64,000 bases of DNA, taken from positions 2,232,001 through 2,296,000 of the forward strand of contig NW_025767046.1 of the NCBI RefSeq assembly GCF_003918875.1, in the 5' to 3' direction. Both the position numbers and the translations under genes were made by a program. Shown in pieces: positions 55,501-64,000 of this stretch. Source of the DNA: Haliotis rubra. Its lineage: Eukaryota. Under the pieces are notes generated by a model. It saw only the letters and a program-made list of their open reading frames with translations, ran no database searches and was not told the origin of the DNA. Numbering within the stretch: position 1 is the first letter of the stretch; each line of letters opens with the position of its first letter.

Positions 55501-58500
55501 ACCAGCCTAAATATCTTTACATAATTTACTGCAAATTTTAGTGTGAAGTTATGTCACAAAAGACAAAAGAAATCACATGTGTATATTCGACTCCAGCTTC
55601 AGTGTTTCAAGGCACAGACAATGCATGCTGTATAATTACAAAAAGCTTTACATCTTTACAACAAACCTTGTTTGATATTTGTGATATAAGCTGACCTTCC
55701 TCGGACGAGATTCCAGGTGTGAAGCGCACGATCCTTCCCCACTGTCAGAGCCAGCTTGCCAGAGGGATGGACAGCGATACAGTTGACAGCATCCCTGGGG
55801 ACAGAAGTAACTGTGTTCACTATCACCATCACTTCCAGGGTCGCAATCATTGGCACCGACCCAGTCAGTTTGTGTAATGTTACAAATATCACAAAGACTA
55901 GCTAAATTAGATCTGCATAATCATGATAATGTGTGTCCTTTATGTAACATTAATGCTTGAATTTGTCAAGATGAGGCTATCCTGGACACTTCTGGGAAGT
56001 AGCAATATCATTCACAAACACTGGATAAGCAGCTCCTCAGTACCCTGTTCGTTGTAAGATGAATCAATTATAAGTGAGCAGGTTTTACGCTGCACTCAGC
56101 AATATTCCAGCTATATGGCCGCAGTCTGTAAATAATTGCGTCTGGACTAGACAATCCAGTGATCAACAACATGAGCATCTGTATATGCAATTGGGATACG
56201 ATGACATGTGTCAACAGCGAGCCTGACCACCCGATATCGTTAGTCGCCTCTTACGACAAGCATGGGTTACTGAAGATCAATTCTAACCCGGATCTTCACA
56301 GGTGAATCAAGAATGAGCAACATTACAACCACCACAACAGTCTACAAATGTCTAGTCCAGCATTTGAACTGACATGGAGTGTCAAATTTACTGCACTCAT
56401 AGTTCTACAGCAATGTGAGCATGTTTGGTTGTTGAAGTCCCATATCATTGCTTATGAATTTTTAACTCACTGAGATACCACGCAAGTGTTCACATTAACA
56501 TCCCACTTAGATACTTTACTCTGACCACAACAGTCATAGTTATACACCTTTGTCAATGTCAAATTCTTGGGTAAAAAGAAGTTAGATCCTTCAAGTCTTT
56601 CTGCAGGATGTGAGTGAGTGAGTTTAGTTTTACACCGCACTCAGCAATATTCCAGCTATATGGCGGCGGTCTGTAAATAATCGAGTCTGGACCACACAAT
56701 CCAGTGATCAACAGCATGAGCATTGATCTGCGCATTAGGGAACCGATGACATGTGTCAACCAAGTCAGCGAGTCTGACCACCCGATCCTGTTAGTTTCTG
56801 CATGATGTGGCCTGGTGATCAAACCGCCCTCCCTAAACTAAGTGATTAGAGGCAGTAAAGTATCCATTGAGCAAAAAAACAGATCCAGGCCATCAGAAGA
56901 GTAATGTCTTGAAACCTGATGCCACATGCATAAGAAGCTGGTTGACTTTTCTGAGATACTGTGAGGCATACAAAACAGTTGTTAACAGATCAGTCAGACA
57001 ACTTCTTAATGCAAGTGATAATTTCAGAGGAAAAGTATTTGAACAAGACTACAATACTGAGGAAAAATGAGTGAGTTACGTTTTACGCCGCTTTTAGCAA
57101 TATTCCAACAATATCACTGGACACCAGAAATGGGCTTCACATATTGTACCCATGTGGTGAATCGAACCCGGGTCTTTGGCGTACTAGGAAAGAGTGAGTA
57201 AGTTTAGTTTTATGCCGCTTTTAGCAATATTCCAACAATATCACGGTGGAGGACACCAGAAATGGGCTTCACACATTGTACCCATGTGGTGAATCGAACC
57301 CGGGTCTTTGGCGTACTACGAAAGAGTGAGTGAGTGAGTTTAGTTTTATGCCGCTTTTAGCAATATTCCAACATCACCGGACACCACAAATGGGCTTCAC
57401 ACATTGTACCCATGTGGTGAATCGAACCCGGGTCTTTGGCGTACTAGGAAAGAGTGAGTGAGTAAGTTTAGTTTTATGACGCTTTTAGCAATATTCCAAA
57501 AATATCACCGGACACCAGAAATGGGCTTCACACATTGTACCCATGTGGTGAATCGAACCTGGGTCTTTGGCGTACTAGGAAAGAAAACGGCTACACAAAA
57601 GAACTCACTTGTGACCTTTGAATGTTCGGAGACACTCCCAGGAAAATGTCTTCCACAGACACACTTTGTGGTCCTCGGATGTGCTGAACAGGTGGGAGTT
57701 ATTGTAGAAATCAAGCCAGGTAATGGAACCTTCAAACAAAATCAGTAAGTGACCAAGAATTGCATAGATTGATGCTTATGTTTATGAATGGACATGGTTA
57801 TTTACAGAAAGCTGTCAAACAGCTGAATATTGCAGAGAGTGACGTTACACAACTATCAGTAGTTGTTATACCGGCAACTTTACCTCCACTGATAATACAT
57901 GGGAATACCAGTGTATGAAACAAGGCCCATCCGACTGCCCGAGATGGGCTAGATTTCTGACGGTCTAAATTCACAGCTAACGAGCCTGAGGTTCTAGTAA
58001 CATTTCAGATAACACGTTCCATACATTTGAGTAAATTCACCATATCCTAAAATCTATTTTTCAAATTAAGCATTACATTTAGACTTGACAATTACTTTTT
58101 GAACATTGAACTATCGTATTGCAAACTCAAAGCACTGCATATACATTTCAATATTACAGAAATGAGACAGGAGTTTCATAAGCTTGATGCACAGCGCGAA
58201 TGATTCATCACTGAAGAGTTCTTTTGATTGTTCTGGTTAAATCCATTTTGGGCTGGCAACATTTTGAAGTTACCAGCATTGATTTCTGGCTGGGTTTGGA
58301 GCTTATTTCATACACTGGCGTATAACATTATCCATGTATGTCACCTCATGCCCACTTTACCCTAGTCTTGGTTGGCCAACTTGTTTTGTCACTACCACCC
58401 CCATCAGTTCTTGTCACAATGTTTTAGCAAGAACCGGACAAATAAATTTTAACAAACACTGCAGATACTACATCTAAAAACAATACAGGTGGGTTGAGAG

Positions 58501-59391
58501 GGTGCTCAAAACACATACATGGAACACCGGAAACACCATCTTGACAAATCATTTCAGTACCATTGTATTCAGTATGCTTGCACCAACTATGCCAATCCAA
58601 TTATTTTTACCTGAATGATGTACAAGTGACCCTATCTCTGTTCCTTTCCTCAAGTTAAACACTCGGATGGTTTCATCAGTGCCCCCAGAAGCCAGGATGC
58701 CTTTTGTGGACATCGCCAGTGCCTTGATGCTCCCACTGTGGGAGTGGTTTGTGAAGCTCTGGCTGAACACATGATTCTGAAAATAAAATATATTCAAATT
58801 TATAAATGCTTTAATCTTTTCATATGCAACATGCCTGATAAAAGACATACTGGGTTCCTTAGAAATATGTCCCAGTTATGGTGGATATTCTGTCTATGTT
58901 AAATTTCAAAACGCACACATACCTATTGTCATCAAATATGTTTAAATTAAACAATATGGTAATATTATATACAACAAAGTTCAAGTAAGTTGATTCCATG
59001 GTCTTGTGTTTCATAAAGCAGTCGAAGGGTAACTACATTTAGTAATTTACAGCAAGGTGAAGACACTTGACCAAATCAACAAGTTTTCTGTTGGGGATAT
59101 TCTATATAGGGCACCAGGAAACGCGATTTCAAAATAGGAATTGAACATAAACCGAATAAAAATGATTGCTTTTAATTACGTCGTATCACTATCACTGTAT
59201 CAGCAAATATTATGCAGCTATTCGCGAGGAACATAGACAGAAAGTGATGGAATTCGCATTCAGATAAGCAGCATAGCCACATGGATTAAACTAATGCATA
59301 CATCAGGATCGAGTGATAAACGATAGCCAAGAATAAGTTCCTCGTACGTTCCAACAACAACTTCTAACTCTCTGCTTTCCATTTCGACCAT
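43564..59391 (-). CDS. PAK1IP1: p21-activated kinase-interacting protein 1 (Mak11 homolog, WD40 60S biogenesis factor), 10 coding exons, ~430 aa
   Basis: Exons 59391-59302, 58776-58611, 57729-57609, 55794-55667, 54913-54831, 53043-52981, 50917-50820, 50163-50055, 44668-44290 (or -44283), 43622-43564; GT-AG introns with compatible phases. Motifs VVGTYEELILG, SGGTDETIRVFNL, LVHHSGSIT, WECLRTFKGHK, VHPSGKLALTVGKDRALHTWNLVRGRSAYITNIKQ, SASSCGHIK, RLTC, then an acidic and Lys-rich tail. The exon 9/10 junction is ambiguous (see findings). Confidence 0.95.
44104..44234 (-). ncRNA. Intronic H/ACA snoRNA candidate, copy 1 (divergent 3' hairpin), PAK1IP1 intron 9
   Basis: Minus strand: hairpin TGCAC...TGTATCTA-loop-TGGATACA...GTGCA, H box ATAGAA, hairpin GAAAGG...GACTGAAT..ATTTAGTC...CCTTTC, then ACA plus 3 nt. 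Confidence 0.8.
45012..45534. mobile_element. pogo-like MITE
   Basis: TA-flanked imperfect TIRs CAGTCAAATCCCGATGAGT / ACTCATGGGATTGGACTG. Confidence 0.75.
46090..47278. mobile_element. hAT-like non-autonomous element with perfect 8-bp TSD, carrying a LINE RT fragment (~46290-46920, + strand)
   Basis: TSD CATTGAAG at 46082-46089 and 47279-47286; TIRs TAGGGCTTCAACGAGT / ACCCGTGGAAGCCCTA; CTCGAG subterminal repeats; internal P.GCV.SSVLFALYTNDC and VKFADDATVTGLI. Confidence 0.88.
47681..47807 (-). ncRNA. Intronic H/ACA snoRNA candidate, copy 2, PAK1IP1 intron 8
   Basis: Same 5' hairpin, H box AGAGAA, 3' hairpin CACAATGGAG...CTCTATTGTG, then ACA; one upper-stem mismatch. Confidence 0.75.
48091..49016 (+). 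mobile_element. Helentron/HINE-like non-autonomous element with internal tandem repeats
   Basis: 5' AACAAG plus a short inverted repeat (GTGTCC..GGACAC); internal repeats around GAGATGCACACCTTT and GGAGAAGTGGATAGA; GGACGGAC tract; 3' palindrome TATGCCCCC..GGGGGCATA in an A-rich site. Confidence 0.75.
49206..49331 (-). ncRNA. Intronic H/ACA snoRNA candidate, copy 3, PAK1IP1 intron 8
   Basis: Hairpin, AGAGAA, hairpin, ACA layout; one upper-stem mismatch. Confidence 0.75.
51106..51453. mobile_element. MITE with CAGG(A/G)CTCCAGATA termini
   Basis: Ends CAGGACTCCAGATA / TATCTGGAGCCCTG; AAAATG on both flanks. Confidence 0.65.
51729..51853 (-). ncRNA. Intronic H/ACA snoRNA candidate, copy 4, PAK1IP1 intron 6
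   Basis: Intact 5' hairpin TGTGTCCA/TGGACACA, H box within AGAGAAAA, 3' hairpin, ACATGA end. Confidence 0.8.
52276..52402 (-). ncRNA. Intronic H/ACA snoRNA candidate, copy 5, PAK1IP1 intron 6
   Basis: Intact hairpins, H box AGAGAA, ACATGA end. Confidence 0.8.
53523..54360 (+). mobile_element. Helentron/HINE-like non-autonomous element, second family
   Basis: 5' AACAAG plus inverted repeat TGTCAC..GTGACA; internal ~160-bp repeats with GTGACCTTG..AAGGTCAC; GGACGGA tract; 3' palindrome TATCCCCCGC..GCGGGGGATA. Confidence 0.75.
57069..57579 (-). repeat. Four tandem ~125-bp units derived from a 5'-truncated SINE B, PAK1IP1 intron 3
   Basis: Each unit runs GAGTGAGT..TTTTAGCAATATTCCAA..CACC..AAATGGGCTTCAC..GAATCGAACC.GGGTCTTTGGCGTACTA. 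Confidence 0.9.
57909..58317. mobile_element. hAT-like MITE in PAK1IP1 intron 2
   Basis: TIRs CAGTGTATGAAACAAG / CTTATTTCATACACTG; no clear TSD. Confidence 0.7.
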
Positions 59392-59718
59392 GTGCTCGAC
59401 GACTGGCGATGTGTCGTCATCAGTTCAAGTATATTCAAGGGAGGTAACGGCCTCTTTGCCGTGTTTGCAAAACACGGGATGTCATAGTTGCAGTATCAAT
59501 AAATAATGTGATCAGTTTGTCGTTACAAAAAAAACCCCGAATAATGTTTCCTTGGGTCAGGCTAACGTGTATTTTTTTTAACGAAGTGGCAAATGCGTAC
59601 TGCTAACTATTAAATGACGTCACCATTTCTGTGTATTAACTCTTCAAGCAAAGAGATATGTTAATACCACATTTCCGGTTTCAAGAAGTTGCAGTTTTCG
59701 TGAATTGACCAGTACAGT
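59392..59718. promoter_or_regulatory. Probable bidirectional promoter of PAK1IP1 and TRNAU1AP
   Basis: Divergent ATGs 327 bp apart; palindromic CRE TGACGTCA at 59615-59622 and ETS-like ATTTCCGGTT at 59671-59680. Confidence 0.72.
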
Positions 59719-62700
59719 ATGGCCCTCAGCAGTTCGCTGTGGATGGGTGACGTGTGTACTTTTTAAAAGATTCATTGCTCAACAACTCTTGACCTTGTGC
59801 ATAATTCACTTTCCAAACATTTCATTTGGTGAAGCATAACCACAACCAGCTGATACGATGGAGCATTTGGTGACACTATCAGCATCACTCACTGGCATAA
59901 TAAGTGACACCAAAGACGTATACTAGTATATGGACACACCTGTGCATATACGTGTTTGGTGACACAAACAATCTGTAATGATTCAGTAAAATAGTTTACG
60001 AGTATCATTATATTAATGTACGTGTACTGAGCAGCCCAATTAATAGACTTAACATTGCAAAAAAGGCTTCATGCCAAAAGATTTTATGAAATGCGTTCGT
60101 TCAGATATCAGTTCACAGAAAAGGTTCGAGGTTTACAACTGTCCATTAGGCTTCAAATGCAAAACCTGTGTTTTGTCCGTTCATTGGATACTGTTGTTAG
60201 TGCCATGCGCTTCATCAACTGCTTGGGGATAACACTGCAAAAGTCTCCCCAACTTGCCCATGTGATGATGCTTAAAACATGGATAGGCTCAAACCATTTT
60301 AGACATTGAAGAAAATAGATCACACTGACTTATTCATGAGAGTGCATTTTTCCACATATCTGTATTTGAATTAGCACCACATATAGGATCAAACTCACAT
60401 TGCCAGCCTGAAACAAAGTTTGGCTGATGAGTGAATTTAATCAGACAATACCCTATGACAAACAGCTACACCCCTTGCAGGGTTTGTTCCTACAAGGGAA
60501 GAGAGAGAGAGACAACAGGCGTTATCACAAATAACTAGTGCTTGCTTAATCAGCACCAAGTTCTATACCTTTCTGCACTTGAACAGTAGCTAATTCTCCA
60601 TAAAACTCAAAACATTGTGTAACCCAGAGGTCTGAAGTGTAGGAGTTCATTGTGCAGAGTTGTAACCCTTAGTAATGCAAAAGTCCAGTTATCATGGGGT
60701 TACACTTGCTCAAAGCTTTTACTGGAGTTTTTTTTCATCTCTGCATGTTTTCCTCCCATAGCAAAGCTGTAATGCTGTTTGCATTCACCCTATTTGATAT
60801 CCTCAGTATCCATGCAATTTGAAATCCATTCAATCTGTAGGATCATGTCCACACTCACTGCCTGACAGTGTAAAATATGTTGAACACCACTCTCAGACTT
60901 TCCATTCACTTGTGCAATGTATAAATTTTATCATTTGTTTTCAGTTGGATACCTATATGGATGAGTTGTTCATCAGTGGGGCGTTTCAACAGCTAGGAGA
61001 AAATGTGCTGCATGTAAAACTCATCAAACATAAGAACACAGGGTAATTTGCATCAAGATTTCTTCTTGTTGACAATATTTACATGTTTGACATCTTTCTC
61101 TTGATGCTATGGATGGTTGGAACCTTTCTCATAAGTTCCAATCTTCCCGATTAATTGAACTTGTGATTGCATGTTGCTATGTCAAAAAGATTACATTTTG
61201 TATGATGATATTTATTGATTTAATTTTTTATTTGCTTCCACATGAGTTACAGCATGCATATCATATTCATGTATGCATTCTTGAGCCTTACATAAAATCT
61301 AATACACAGACATTATCCCCAAAAATGTGTTCTACATGTGTTCTTGTTTTCAGTGGTCACGGAAAGAACATTCAGAGTCAGCTAATTTCATTCAGTTATT
61401 TTTAAGGTTAACTTGCTGTCAATGATTTCACCTTTGCTTTCAGATATGTTTCTTTATTGCTGTTATTTGTTTAATGTTTCAGCGCCTTGGCTGGATATTG
61501 CTTTGTTGAGTTTGGTGATGCGGATGCTGCCAACAGAGCCATGTTGAAACTCAATGGGAAGATCATCCCTGGCAGCAACCCTGTAAGTAAGCCGACCAGA
61601 AGATCTGGGTCAGAATTGGTCTTCAGTAACCCATGCTTGTCGTAAGAGGCGACTAATGGGATCGGGTGGTCAGGTTCGAGGACTTAGTTGATACATGTCA
61701 TCGTATCCCAGTTGTGTAGATCGATGTTGATGATGGCAGTCACTGGATTGTCTGGTTCAGGCTTGATTACTTACACATAGTTGGACTATTGATGAGTGTG
61801 ACGTTAAACAATAAATAAGAAAACTGAAACTAAGCCAAGATCTTCAGCCACGCAGATCCTCATGGGGATTCCGAGTTATACACACCCCTTTTCGGAGCAC
61901 ACATCCACAGCTGATTGAGTATACTGAGAGTAAAAATATGACAACACCATGTTCCACTCATCTGGTGATGTATCTGCAACAAAATTGCATAATTGCTGAA
62001 CACAATTTGCCAAATTACAAAATCTGATCCCATTTCCTATTGGTGTTTTTTTTTCTGTTACTTGGTTGACTTTGAGAAAGTTTTAAACAAATGAATAAGC
62101 ACTTTATGAAAAATGTATTCTGTTGAAAAACTGCAGATCAGTGTAACGGGAGCTAACTCTTGCCATTTACATAAACATCAAGCAAGCCATTGCTTTCTAG
62201 TTGTGTTTTACTATACAATCCACAGTTTTAAGATGGCTTGTTTAAAAAAGTTTGTTTTTTTTTAATAAGTCCAACCAATTTTTGTTAAAACATACAGAAT
62301 TCAAATTTCATAATAGAACACACTGACATGTTTCAAGAATATCGGGTAAAAGCTTACTACAAAGGGAACTAAACAAACCAATTACCCCTGTTTATGGTTT
62401 AAACTATTGTAAGAAATAACCACACAACCAAGGTCCAAAATGTTAGGGGAAATATATTATGATTACATGTCTAATTGTAATAGAATATAAGTTTTAAATA
62501 TATAATTTCGTTTGTACATGTTACAACTACTCAATGGCATTTTTGATGTACTTTAATGATACATTTTATTTTTCAGCCGAGACGGTTCAAGCTGAACCCA
62601 GCCAGTTATGGGAAAGAACATATGCTATTGTGAGTAGTTTACATCATATATGGTTGTATCGATAACTTTGAGTCTCCCGAGAAAATAAATGCATTGTGAT

Positions 62701-63996
62701 GATGATCATACATTGCTCTACCTAACTTGTTACAGCATGCTTTTTTGTTGTACATTTTAAATTTAAATTTTAGGAAAACCTAGTTATGTGAGGTAAACAA
62801 TTGTATGAATTCGTAGCAAACTCAGAAGTTATCTCCCCTTGACCATCACCAAGCATGACTTGTTCAGGATACTTGCTCAGCCTTTGAAAGCTTTGCTTGA
62901 AAATACTCAAAATATGGGTTACAGTTGTTCAGTTCTCAAAATTTGTTTTTCGACTTCTTAGTTTGTAGACTTGTGGCTAAGGATGAGTGCTGGATCTAGG
63001 TATTATGTTTTATTTAAACATATTTGTAATTTTAAAAAGTAGACATATCCTCAGCATTCATTGTAATGTCAAATGGGCTACAGTGTGAATTCTTTTCTGA
63101 TGTACATGCTTTTTAACTACTGGTCCAAATTCGTATTTTACTTTGGTGGCTCATGCACCATTTTAACAATTTTACATTAAAATATAATATAATATAGTAT
63201 GTCACAACACTGGTATCCATATTGTGATTTGTATTTGGATATATTTGAAGTTGAAGTGTTTGTAAATGACTGACACTGATTGTACAAGCAGATCCCAGTT
63301 TCTATGTACAAAGACTCGTAAAGATCCAGGTTAGAATTGATCTTCAGCAACCCGTGCTTGTCATACGAGGTCACTAACGGGATCGGATGGTCAGGCTCGC
63401 TGACTTGGTTGACACATGTCATCGGTTCCCAATTGCGTAGATCAATGCTTACGCTGATGATCACTGGATTGTCTGGTCCAGACTTGATTATTTACAGACC
63501 GCCACCATATAGCCGTAATATTGCTGAGTGTGGCATTGAACAACAAACCACTCACTTCGACATACAAAGGACCTAAAATATGTAGCCAGTACTTTTCTGA
63601 TAACAGCAATCTCAAATACACTTGGATAATTATGGAATTTTTCTTTTTTATATATTATAAGTTTTAGAGCGTAAAATATGCCATTTTGTCAATTAATCAT
63701 GAAGGGAAGAAACATCTATCTTGAATGAAAGTCTGTGTAGATTAATTTGAACTATAGAGATAATCACAATATTTTACTCAATATACCAGGACTGTAAAAT
63801 AATGTATTGGAGTATGAATTGTTTGAAGTGGGTATTGCCATATACCAGTATACCATACAGACCTGTAAACCTGTACTGACTTTACATTTCAGACCTGAGT
63901 TTTCCTTGTTTGTTGGTGATTTGTCAAGTGATGTTGATGACTATCAGCTGTACAACGCCTTTGCCAGGAGGTACAGATCTGTTAGAGCTGCCAAAG
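59719..63996 (+). CDS. TRNAU1AP: tRNA selenocysteine 1-associated protein 1 (SECp43, two RRMs); first 5 exons, continues beyond window
   Basis: Exons 59719-59751, 60945-61042, 61483-61582, 62577-62629, 63893-63996, GT-AG and in phase: MALSSSLWMGD|LDTYMDELFISGAFQQLGENVLHVKLIKHKNTG|ALAGYCFVEFGDADAANRAMLKLNGKIIPGSNP|PRRFKLNPASYGKEHML|LPEFSLFVGDLSSDVDDYQLYNAFARRYRSVRAAK. SLWMGDL..YMDE.FI, AGYCFVEF, RFKLN.A.YG and PE.SLFVGDL are recalled SECp43 hallmarks. Confidence 0.94.
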
Positions 63997-64000
63997 GTAT

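Noticed and set aside
59719-64000. tRNA-Sec gene or SECIS element near TRNAU1AP
   Set aside because: No tRNA-Sec sequence, in-frame TGA or convincing SECIS seen in the window.

Overview
AT-rich, repeat-dense animal genomic DNA. The SINE and Helentron-type repeats suggest a mollusc, possibly a gastropod such as abalone; this is an inference. The first ~29 kb holds no gene I can support: two minisatellites, an N gap, LINE fragments, SINEs and MITEs. The remaining ~35 kb holds four spliced housekeeping genes, reconstructed by hand, arranged as two head-to-head pairs: PSMG3(-)/TMEM14C(+) and PAK1IP1(-)/TRNAU1AP(+). TRNAU1AP runs off the right edge. The strongest unannotated signal is five ~125-131 nt H/ACA-box snoRNA-like genes in PAK1IP1 introns 6, 8 and 9, all in the host-gene sense. 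They show compensatory stem changes and a 5' pocket predicted to target the 28S site guided by vertebrate SNORA30/37. Also notable: a probable ancient TRNAU1AP-PAK1IP1-TMEM14C microsynteny, a SINE-like family whose 5' head is a covarying pseudoknotted RNA rather than a tRNA, and a reading-frame ambiguity at the PAK1IP1 3' end. No searches were run; family and orthologue statements come from recalled sequences.
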